Assembly: GCA_037445435.1 (NCBI GenBank)
Contig: JBBIKN010000005.1
Location: 7,420-71,419, forward strand
Direction of reading: 5' to 3'
From: Nitrospira sp.
GTDB taxonomy: Bacteria; Nitrospirota; Nitrospiria; Nitrospirales; Nitrospiraceae
DNA: 64,000 bases
Part shown: in pieces, positions 8,026-16,413 of the stretch
How the letters are laid out: each line of letters begins with the position of its first letter
Numbering within the stretch: position 1 is the first letter of the stretch
Translations under genes and position numbers: made by a program
Notes under the pieces: model-generated
The model's input: only the letters and a program-made list of their open reading frames with translations
Told to the model about the DNA's origin: nothing
Databases searched by the model: none

Positions 8026-9687
8026 ATGCCAGGCGCAGTGTTTTCACCTCGCCAAACTTATCTTTTACAAAAGCTCTATACCGAGCAACAGCCTTACACC
8101 CTCATAGCAATAGTTCTAGCCGGCATAACTATCTTGACGTCAATCGGAGGCTGTTGGCCAAATAAGGCCTCTTCCATTTCCATTCCCGCATTTTCTCTCC
8201 TACATCAACCAGTTGCCTCCCACAAACTTATCGTGTTTGTCCACGGATTTACTGGGGATCCTTTGTCCACTTGGACAAATCAATCAGGAGTGACCTGGGC
8301 GGATCTTATCAAAGAGGACGAACGACTTCGCGAATTTACAGTCTGGATGCACCATTATGACACTCCCCTCCTGGATCGTTCTTTGACGGTCGAGGAAACC
8401 GCCACACGATTTCTTCGGCAGCTTAAGGACGAAGGAGCGTTCGATAGGTTTGAAGAAATATACCTTATCGCTCACAGTATGGGCGGGCTGGTTGTAAAAC
8501 GAGTATTAGCAGATCTCAACAGCGCAACTCAGATCGAGAGACTTCGCAAGATTAAGGCTGTGTTACTCATCTCTACACCAACTCAGGGGTCGAGCGTGGC
8601 TCAATTAGCAGCTCTGCTTAGTCTCAATCCTCAAGCACGAGACATGAAACCTGCCAATCTAAACTCGTATCTTCAGTCCATTGAGAATCAGTGGCAGAGT
8701 CTTATGCGCGATCGAGGGAATCGACCTTTTCCAAAATCCTATTGCGCGTACGAGACAAAGCCGACTGGAGGTATTGTTATTGTTGATCGAGTCTCGGCGG
8801 CCACCTTTTGTGACGACAGTATGTTTCCTGTGCCTGCTGACCACCGAGATGTCGTGAAACCACAGGACGCCCAAAGTGACATTTATCGGTGGGTACAAGC
8901 GCGACTTATAGAAACAAGTGGGCTTGTACGATCCACCATACAGACGGCTATATCCGTTCAAGTGGCGCCACGCGTACTGCATTACGTGTATCGTTACAAA
9001 AGCAGTGGCGAAACAATACGGCAAAACGAATATGGATTCGGCCTCGTCGTGCGTGTCCGAAATACAGGGGAGAAAATCGAACGGGTTAAGGCATTAGAAA
9101 TTGTGGGCGAAATTGATGCAGATCCCGACGATTTAGAAGCCTTCAACGCAGAAGGAAAAACCTTTGAGGAGCTTGACGAGGAATACGGTCGGACTCAACC
9201 ATACTATCGAATCTCTTTCGTATCTTTTCCTATAAGCGGGAACAAGATTGAACCCGGGAGTGAAGAATTTTTTCGTTTTATGGTTTTAGATCCAACTTAC
9301 CTTTCTACGCAAGCGATTCACCGGGGGGAAGAGGCGTGGAAATACATCGGGTTTCGAGCTAAAACCCCTCGGCCACCTTTGCTTTTGACCACTGTTCCGA
9401 ATATCCGTTCCTTTATAACCTTCACTAAATCTCGACACGCTGTTCCTGGAAACTCAGAACTTCTAGGACCAAGACTTAGAAGCGAGATGAAGTCCGGAGT
9501 AATGCAGATTACCTTAAGGTTTGAGTCAGGCTCGCAAGCCATAAATCCCGTGGACCTACAGGATCCTGCTTTAATTTCATGGGACAATTGGAACAAACTC
9601 TCACCACAGGACATTTATTTCAGGAACAGCCCCTGGGACAGAGTCGTACCGATAACTAAAGATCCTCTAGTGGAGTCTAGCCCATAG
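8026..9687 (+). CDS. membrane-anchored alpha/beta-hydrolase (lipase/esterase, PGAP1/DUF676-like) with a ~300-aa C-terminal domain of unknown function
   Basis: 553-aa ORF with an N-terminal TM (YTLIAIVLAGITILTSIGG). LIVFVHGFTGDP oxyanion-type block and GxSxG nucleophile elbow (IAHSMGG). Lies in a visibly A+T-rich stretch. Confidence 0.7.
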   Translation: MPGAVFSPRQTYLLQKLYTEQQPYTLIAIVLAGITILTSIGGCWPNKASSISIPAFSLLHQPVASHKLIVFVHGFTGDPLSTWTNQSGVTWADLIKEDERLREFTVWMHHYDTPLLDRSLTVEETATRFLRQLKDEGAFDRFEEIYLIAHSMGGLVVKRVLADLNSATQIERLRKIKAVLLISTPTQGSSVAQLAALLSLNPQARDMKPANLNSYLQSIENQWQSLMRDRGNRPFPKSYCAYETKPTGGIVIVDRVSAATFCDDSMFPVPADHRDVVKPQDAQSDIYRWVQARLIETSGLVRSTIQTAISVQVAPRVLHYVYRYKSSGETIRQNEYGFGLVVRVRNTGEKIERVKALEIVGEIDADPDDLEAFNAEGKTFEELDEEYGRTQPYYRISFVSFPISGNKIEPGSEEFFRFMVLDPTYLSTQAIHRGEEAWKYIGFRAKTPRPPLLLTTVPNIRSFITFTKSRHAVPGNSELLGPRLRSEMKSGVMQITLRFESGSQAINPVDLQDPALISWDNWNKLSPQDIYFRNSPWDRVVPITKDPLVESSP

Positions 9688-9919
9688 GTGAATCATTGCC
9701 AAACGGGTGTGTTTACTTGTTTGTTTATGCGTTGCCTTTTCTGGACGGTGGAGCTTACTTTCTCAATAAGAAACTACATGAGCATTGAGTTGGACCATCC
9801 AAACTCAGCCATCATCCGGTTTTTGCAGCATGACAATCCGCTTGGCCATCAACACGCAGAACGAACCTGTTAGCTGAGAAGTGCTTAGGTAAGCTTACAC
9901 GAAGCAAACCCTGAGTGCA

Positions 9920-10125
9920 TCATCGCTTCTTCCTGTTGAGCAGGCTGCCGGATCGCACCTGGCAGGCCAGGACGTAGCAAATCCACCCTTGTGGCCATGA
10001 GGCTGGTGATTTCCGCCGCGTGGTAGGAAGGCGAACACTCGACAATTTCCATTCCTCGCCAGCGGCTCGTGTAGGCGATCTGGAAAAACTTCAGCACTTC
10101 ACGCAGCAGAAACCTACCCGGCTCT
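9920..10125 (-). pseudogene. displaced 3'-end relic of an arginase-family (guanidinase-like) gene
   Basis: About 205 nt align by hand to the 3' end of the intact gene at 13246-13453 (about 27 mismatches, one 3-nt and one 1-nt indel). There is no 5' part. Removing 1 nt after GTG restores VICYVLACQVRSGSLLNRKKR*, compared with VICDVLACQVRSGNLLNRKKR* in the intact gene. Confidence 0.75.
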
Positions 10126-10163
10126 TCAAAAAGTAATCTACCTGCCTCTCCATCTCCCTGCAC

Positions 10164-13073
10164 TTGAGTCCCGACTCTCTAGAGGCTTATCGTGGTATAC
10201 GGAGGGGTATCAAGAAGGATCCCGTGGCCAGCATCGCGGACATCGCCACACAAGCCGATCAGGACCATATCCAGCGTCTGCTGGACGTCGTGCGCAACCT
10301 GGTGATGGAAGTCCATCCCGGCAGCACCGCTGCACATGCGGTCAACTTGGACAGCATTCTCGACCGGGAGTTGGGACTCGACAGTTTGTCGCGCGTCGAA
10401 CTATTTGCGCGTGTGGAACGAGAGTTCAACGTTGATCTTCCGGAGTCGTTGCTGGCCGAGGCGCAAACCCCCGGCGATTTTCTGGGCACAATCCTAAAAG
10501 GCGTGGGCACCAGGCTCACGCCTGCTGCCGAACGCAGTCTCCGCCAGGACCTGAAAGCCGGCGCTGCGATTCCAGCGGGGATACAGACCCTCCCCGACGC
10601 GCTCGCCTGGCAAGCCGCACATCACGGAGAGCGCACCCATATCCACTTGTATGCGGAAAGCGAGGCGATCGAGCCGATTTCCTACCGAACATTGTATAGA
10701 GATGCCCAGGCTCTGGCGGTAGGCCTGCACCGAACGGGTTTCAAACCCGGCCATGCCGTAGCGCTGATGCTCCCGACCGGCCGAGAGTTTTTCTCCGCCT
10801 TTGCCGGAATCCAACTGGCCGGCGGCATTCCCGTGCCGATCTATCCCCCGACTCGGCTGAGCCAGCTCGGCGACCACTTGCTCCGGCAGCAGGGTATCCT
10901 GACCAACGCCGAGGCGGTGGCCTTGATCACCCACCCCGAGGCGAAGCGCGTGACGCATGTGCTGCAGGCGAAGGTGCCTTCCATTCAACGCGTGGCCACG
11001 ACCTTGGATCTGCAAGGCGACCCCGATGCCTTTTCCAGACCGTACGTCGCGGCGCAAGACACGGCGTTTCTCCAATACACGTCGGGCAGCACGGGGAATC
11101 CCAAAGGCGTGCTGCTGACCCATGCCAATCTGCTGGCCAATATCCGGGCGATGAGCTCCACGCTTCACGTGACGCCCGACGACGTCTTCGTGAGTTGGCT
11201 GCCGCTGTATCACGATATGGGACTGATCGGAGCCTGGCTGGGAGCGCTGTGCTGCGGGTACCCCTTGGCGATCATGTCGCCCTTGAGATTCCTCAGCAAA
11301 CCGTCTCGCTAGCTGAAGGCCATCCACCGCCATGGCGGCACGCTGTCAGCCGCCCCGAACTTCGCCTACGAATTGTGCGCCACGCGGATCAGCGACCAGG
11401 AGATCGAGGAGCTGGATCTGAGTTTGTGGCGCGTAGCCCTCAACGGAGCGGAGCCGGTCAGTCCGGAAACGATCGAGCGATTCACCTCTCGATTCTCACG
11501 TTGCGGCTTCCGCAAGGACGCAATGTTTCCGGCATATGGCCTGGCCGAATCCACGGTTGGATTGACGTTTCCGCCGCCCAGTCGAGAGCCGGTGATCGAC
11601 TACATCAAGCCTGAACCATTCCGCTCGGAAGGCATGGCCGTCCCCGCCTCGACCGACGAGAAAGACGCCTTGCGCTATGTGTCTTGCGGGTCCCCTCTTC
11701 CGGATCACCGGATCCGCATTGTGGACGAGGAGGGGAAGGCGTTGCCGGACCGCAGGCAAGGACATCTTCAGTTTACAGGTCCCTCCGCAACGGCCGGCTA
11801 CCATCGCAATCCCGAAGAGACCGCACAGATCAAGAAGGGGGAATGGCTGGATTCATTCGATCTGGCCTATGCCGTCAACGGAGAGATCTTCATTACGGGC
11901 CGTGCCAAGGATCTCATCATCCGCGGCGGCCGCAATCTGTACCCGTACGATCTGGAGTTGGCGATCGGCAATCTACCCGGTATGCGCAGCGGCTGTGTGG
12001 CGGTGTTCGGCAGCCGTGAGGCGCACGCCGTCGGAGAGCGGCTGATCGTGGTCGCGGAAACCAAGGAGCAGGACCCGGTGATACGCGAGCGGCTGAGAGG
12101 CCAGATCACGGTGTTGGCTACCGAGGTGGTGGGGTCACCGCCTGATGACATCGTGCTGGCGTCACCCCATGCCGTGCTGAAAACGTCCAGTGGAAAGATC
12201 CGCCGCGCCGCCATGCGCGACCGATATGAACGGGGCCTTATCGGGATCGAGCCGCGCAGCGGTTGGGGGCAGCTGGCGCAGGTCCAAGGCCTCGGTCTTG
12301 AGATCCGAGCACGGCATGCGCTGCGTTCGTTCGCCAGAGGGTTGTTCGGCATCTACGCGGTCGGTGTCTTTGCGATCTTGGGCACAATCACATGGCTCCT
12401 CGTGGCGGCGCTGCCGGCTGGACGAACCGCCCGCAGAGCGGCACAAACGTCGGCTCGAGCGCTATTTCGTGCCTGCGGTCTCCGCCCACGTGTCGACGGA
12501 TGTGAGTATGTGAGGCCGGACTCGCCTCAGATTCTGGTGTCCAATCACGCCAGCTACCTTGACGGCCTCCTGCTGTTCGCGTGGTTGCCCGGCCGCCCAC
12601 GATTCATCGTCAAGGGCGAACTCACGAGAGTGTGGGTCTTGCGCACGTTTCTCGAGAAAATCGGTGCCGAATTCGTCGAGCGCTTTGCATTCGACAAGAG
12701 CGTCGAAGACGCCGAACGGCTCGCGCGTCGGCTACAGGCAGGAGAAAGCCTCGTATTCTTTCCGGAAGGGACGCTTCGCCGTCCTCCCGGTCTCTTGCCA
12801 TTTCGGTTAGGAGCCTTCTCCATCGCAGTTCGCAACCAAACACCTCTCCTCCCGCTGGTCCTCCGTGGCACCCGGGCGGTACTGCCGGACGGCAACTGGC
12901 TGCCACGGTACGGCAGGCTTTCGATCACAATCTGTCCGCCACTTGAGCCCGAGGGCCGAGATTTCCAGGCGGCGCTGACCCTCCGCCATGCGGCACGCTC
13001 CAGCATGCTGCGATTCTTGGATGAGCCGGATATTCATGACCCGACGGAAACGGCCCTCACTCGTCAGATTTGA
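10164..13073 (+). pseudogene. ACP / fatty acyl-AMP ligase (AMP-binding) / lysophospholipid acyltransferase fusion gene interrupted by one in-frame TAG (11310-11312)
   Basis: ORFs 10164-11312 and 11373-13073 are in the same frame. The 60 nt between them also read as protein (PSR*LKAIHRHGGTLSAAPNFAYELC). Motifs: PP-binding LGLDSLSRVEL, AMP-binding YTSGSTGNPKGV, PlsC-type NHASYLD and FFPEGT, with TM helices between the ligase and acyltransferase parts. Confidence 0.8.
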
Positions 13074-13183
13074 AACGAATCTGAGTCGCGACCTGTATCT
13101 CTAGCCGAACTGAAATCTGCACAGCATGACAAGCTTGTTATTCAATCAATACCTCAGCAGGAGTTATTTATTGAGAAATTGCT

Positions 13184-13211
13184 AAGGGGCTTGCAGCTAT
13201 GCAAGCCCCTT
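13184..13211. terminator. bidirectional stem-loop between convergent genes
   Basis: Perfect 12-bp stem AAGGGGCTTGCA / TGCAAGCCCCTT with a GCTA loop. Sits between the FAAL fusion (+) and the hydrolase gene (-). The flanking U-tracts are weak. Confidence 0.6.
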
Positions 13212-13245
13212 CGTAGCCGTTTCGTCATCTCTCAATCAGTGCATC

Positions 13246-14394
13246 TCAACGTTTCTTCCGGTTGAGCAGGTTTCCGGACCGCACCTGGCACGCCAGGACG
13301 TCGCAGATCACCCGTGTGGCCATGAGGCTGGTAATCTCCGCCGCGTCGTAGGGTGGCGAACATTCCACGATTTCCATACCCGCCAGCGGTTTCGTGTCGG
13401 CGATGATCTGGAGGAACTTCAGCACTTCGCGCGGCAGAAACCCGCCCGGCTCCGGCCAACCGGTGCCCGGCACGAAGGCGGCGTCCAAGCAATCGACGTC
13501 GAAGCTCAACCACACCGCATCCACACCATCAAACGCTACTTCAAGCGCCTGTTTCGCGGCATTCTCGATCCCCATTTCCACGCAGTCGGTCACGGTCATG
13601 ATCGTGGTCTGACGTTCACGGCCGGCCTTCACGCCGGGTCTGGGCGCTTGCCAGCCGCCGATGCCAATCTGCACGAGATTTTTCGCCGGCACGTTGGGGA
13701 TATTCGTCGCATGGAACCAGGGCGTGGTATGCATGCGCTCATCGAGATCGGTCTCCTGCGTGTCCACATGTCGATCGAAGTGCAGGATGCCGAGCTTCTT
13801 GCCGTTCATATTCTGCGCCACACCCCGCACGGTGGCAAATCCCAAGGAATGGTCTCCGCCGAGAACCACGGGAAACGCGCCGCTGGCATAGACATGCCCC
13901 ACGCCCTTACTGACTTGATCGAAGGTCTTTTCGATGTTGCCGGGAATGGTAAACACGTCGCCCACATCGCAGATGGACACGGATTCTCGCAGATCCACGC
14001 CGAGCTCGAAACTATAGGTTCCGTAGAGCGCCGAGATCTTGCGGATGCCTTGGGGTCCGAACCGGGTGCCGGCACGATAGGTCGTGCCGCCATCGAACGG
14101 CGCGCCAAGAATGGCAACATCGTATTGGCCGCACTTGCGGACATCTTCGACATACGGAGCCTTGATAAAAGTATTGATGCCAGCAAAGTGCGGCAGTTCT
14201 CCGCGGCTGAACGTGGGGATCCGGCGATCCTTGATGGAATCGGCACCCGGCAGGCCCAATTCTAGGCCTCGGGCCACTTCCTCTTCATATTTCGTGGTCG
14301 GCAGCAGCGCCTCGGCTTCGACCGCATACTTCGCTTCCGGACCATATTTGTCATGCAGTGGAACCTTGCCTTGGTATGTTCTCTTTTTCGCCAT
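13246..14394 (-). CDS. arginase/agmatinase-family ureohydrolase, predicted guanidine hydrolase (guanidinase)
   Basis: Ureohydrolase metal-site motifs FDRHVD, GGDHS and SFDVDCLD. Start set at ATG 14394, preceded by GAAAGGAG. Second gene of the operon behind the guanidine-I riboswitch. Confidence 0.85.
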   Translation of the reverse strand: MAKKRTYQGKVPLHDKYGPEAKYAVEAEALLPTTKYEEEVARGLELGLPGADSIKDRRIPTFSRGELPHFAGINTFIKAPYVEDVRKCGQYDVAILGAPFDGGTTYRAGTRFGPQGIRKISALYGTYSFELGVDLRESVSICDVGDVFTIPGNIEKTFDQVSKGVGHVYASGAFPVVLGGDHSLGFATVRGVAQNMNGKKLGILHFDRHVDTQETDLDERMHTTPWFHATNIPNVPAKNLVQIGIGGWQAPRPGVKAGRERQTTIMTVTDCVEMGIENAAKQALEVAFDGVDAVWLSFDVDCLDAAFVPGTGWPEPGGFLPREVLKFLQIIADTKPLAGMEIVECSPPYDAAEITSLMATRVICDVLACQVRSGNLLNRKKR

Positions 14395-14478
14395 GATGCT
14401 CCTTTCTAGTAGATGAATGGATTCTGACTTTGAGTGAAACCCATGTTGCGACACGAGACCTGATGAACGACCTGTCTT

Positions 14479-15957
14479 TCATTCTTGAGTTGGTGCGGAC
14501 TCTCTCGGACTCAGCGAGACGTCGCTCCTTGCCGATCTCACGACCAGGAGATACAGCGTGGTGCCCCCCAGAATGCTTCCGAGAACCAACGGCACGGCCC
14601 AGAGTTGCCACCAGGGGGCGTTGGGAGAGGTGGCATAGGGACGTGGCCACGCGATATTGACGAATTCAAACACCGACCAGAGAAACGCCGCCGTGTTGAT
14701 CAGCAATCCCCACGAGCCCAGCTTCAGGTGACCTAACGAGGGATCCCAGCGACCTGTGAGACGAGTGTAGAGTCCCACCCCCGTGGTCATCGCAAACATG
14801 GCGTACACCCCCCCCGTGCCGAACGCCAGGACCGTGGCGACCGCTTCATCGTTGAGCCCGAAGAGCAGGCCGAGCGTCGCCAGCAGCACCGTGAACAGCA
14901 CGGCGTTCCGAGGAGCGCCGGCGGGGGTGACCCGACTGAGAACGGCCGGCATACTGCCTTCGCGGGCCATGGAAAACACGATACGAGACGTGTACTGGAC
15001 CATGGAGGATCCACAAGCCAGGAATGCGACCATGACGATGGCCAGAAATGGGGTTTCCGCCCAGGCTCCCAAATTTTGGACGATCACTGGAGTGACGGGG
15101 TCGGACGTGGCGCTCGTCTGCTGCAACGTATCGCGGTTAAAACTCAGGGTCAGTGCGGCAGAGTTGAAGAGCACCACACCTCCCACCATGCAGAGAGAGA
15201 AGAAGATCGCACGCGGCACCATCCGCTTGGGCTCATGCGTTTCTTCGGCGATGGTCGAGCAAGCATCGAAGCCGATGAACGCCCACCCGGAAATCGCGAG
15301 CGCCGCTAGAAACGCAGCGGTCTGGCTGGGGGCGGTTCCTGTCCCAAGATGGGCGAACAGCTCGGAAAATTCATGTTGCCGAAAAAAGAGGAACAACAGC
15401 AGCGCGACACCGAACGAGCCGACGATTTCCGCATAGACCCCCAGGGAAATGAGGAACTTGAATACAGAGACATGGACCAGGTTGATGGCGGTGCAGATCA
15501 GCATAAACACCGCCCCCCAGATCACGAGGGTGACGCCTGTTCCACCTCCTGATCCGAAAAAAATCGCCAGCCAGATTCCCCCGGTGTAGGCCGTCGTGGT
15601 GAGCATCGCGATCGTGGAACTCACGTAGATGGCCCCGGCGTACGTGCCGGTTGTTGCGCCTCCGAGCTGCCTGGCCCATTTATACGCGCCTCCTGCGATT
15701 GGGATCTGCGACGACAGCTCCGCATACACGGTTGCGACCAGCAACTGCATCACTAAGCAGAGCGCCAGCGCCGCAAACCAACCGCCGCCCGTTACGACCG
15801 TCTGGACCCCGATAATGGCGTAGAGCCCTGCAACCGGTGAAACGGTCGCGAACCCGATGGTCAGGCTGTTCCAGAGACTGAGACTACGGCGGAGTGTCGC
15901 GGGAGCGCCCGTAGCGGTGGCAGGAAGGGCGTCATCCGGAATTTCTTTAGTTAACAT
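14479..15957 (-). CDS. APC-superfamily amino acid/polyamine-type permease (candidate guanidine importer)
   Basis: 492-aa ORF that is hydrophobic throughout (about 12 TM), with APC-like blocks (SLWNSLTIGFATVSP, GGAYKWA). First gene downstream of the riboswitch. AGGAAGGA precedes the ATG. Confidence 0.8.
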   Translation of the reverse strand: MLTKEIPDDALPATATGAPATLRRSLSLWNSLTIGFATVSPVAGLYAIIGVQTVVTGGGWFAALALCLVMQLLVATVYAELSSQIPIAGGAYKWARQLGGATTGTYAGAIYVSSTIAMLTTTAYTGGIWLAIFFGSGGGTGVTLVIWGAVFMLICTAINLVHVSVFKFLISLGVYAEIVGSFGVALLLFLFFRQHEFSELFAHLGTGTAPSQTAAFLAALAISGWAFIGFDACSTIAEETHEPKRMVPRAIFFSLCMVGGVVLFNSAALTLSFNRDTLQQTSATSDPVTPVIVQNLGAWAETPFLAIVMVAFLACGSSMVQYTSRIVFSMAREGSMPAVLSRVTPAGAPRNAVLFTVLLATLGLLFGLNDEAVATVLAFGTGGVYAMFAMTTGVGLYTRLTGRWDPSLGHLKLGSWGLLINTAAFLWSVFEFVNIAWPRPYATSPNAPWWQLWAVPLVLGSILGGTTLYLLVVRSARSDVSLSPRESAPTQE

Positions 15958-16085
15958 GACAGTCCTTCCTGACTTGGCACCAGGTCAGACTGTTCTGGTA
16001 AGGCTTTATGGGATGGGAATAAACATGCATAACGAACCTCCAACTGGAAAGGTTACTTCCCAAAAGGCCATGTACCTCAGTACAT

Positions 16086-16190
16086 GATCTCCCGGGCTTT
16101 TATCCCTCCGTGGAGCCTCGTTATGCGAGGCCGAAAACTCTTGGACCAGACGCTCCTTCCGACAAGGAAGGAAGCCGGAACCCTAGTTTT
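16086..16190 (-). promoter_or_regulatory. guanidine-I riboswitch (ykkC-yxkD class, subtype 1) aptamer
   Basis: The minus strand reads AACUAGGGUUCCGGCUUCCUUCCUUGUCGGAAGGAGCGUCUGGUCCAAGAGUUUUCGGCCUCGCAUAACGAGGCUCCACGGAGGGAUAAAAGCCCGGGAGAUCAU. It contains the conserved CUAGGGUUCCGG, GGUCCRAGAG and ACGGAGGGAUAAAAGCCCGGGAGA blocks with paired spacer helices. It lies about 125 nt upstream of the permease ATG. Confidence 0.85.
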
Positions 16191-16212
16191 CCTTTTGGAA
16201 CACTTTATGGAT

Positions 16213-16241
16213 ATGCTATTGCTTGGCCATACCAAAGTCAA
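16213..16241 (-). promoter_or_regulatory. candidate sigma70-type promoter for the riboswitch operon
   Basis: Minus strand TTGACT (16241-16236), 17 nt, TAGCAT (16218-16213), ending about 20 nt upstream of the aptamer. Pattern match only. Confidence 0.35.
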
Positions 16242-16413
16242 GTTCTTAGAAGTACACCTCCTCAACGCTGACGGTTTCGCCTCGTGACGACTCACTCCCA
16301 TCGATCAGCGAAATGTTCAGGATCTTGGGTTTTGGGTTTCCAAGACACACCCGCCCCACACACAGCACAGTTGTTCGAAATCACCTTACGCGTCTCGTTC
16401 CCCTAAAGCAATT

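Noticed and set aside
9688-9873. 61-aa ORF downstream of the hydrolase gene.
   Set aside because: It is an A+T-rich intergenic stretch. The peptide is Cys/Phe-rich with no ribosome-binding site or motif, so it is probably non-coding.
11310-11312. In-frame TAG read as pyrrolysine or as programmed read-through.
   Set aside because: No pyl genes or other recoding signals are visible, and nothing in the lineage suggests amber reassignment. A TGG-to-TAG transition or a sequencing error is the simpler explanation.
10494-11333. Long antisense ORFs in the track. Examples: 10494-11333 (-), 18135-19184 (+), 37315-38124 (+), 13648-14265 (+), 29188-29943 (+), 14783-15436 (+), 43962-44504 (+).
   Set aside because: Each lies entirely inside a well-supported gene on the opposite strand. 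Each has the Arg/Pro/Gly/Ala-rich composition typical of shadow frames in high-G+C DNA, and none shows a family motif.
16077-16301. ORFs 16077-16301 (-) and 16084-16287 (+) upstream of the permease.
   Set aside because: They overlap the guanidine-I riboswitch aptamer, whose conserved blocks explain the sequence, and they have no coding signal.
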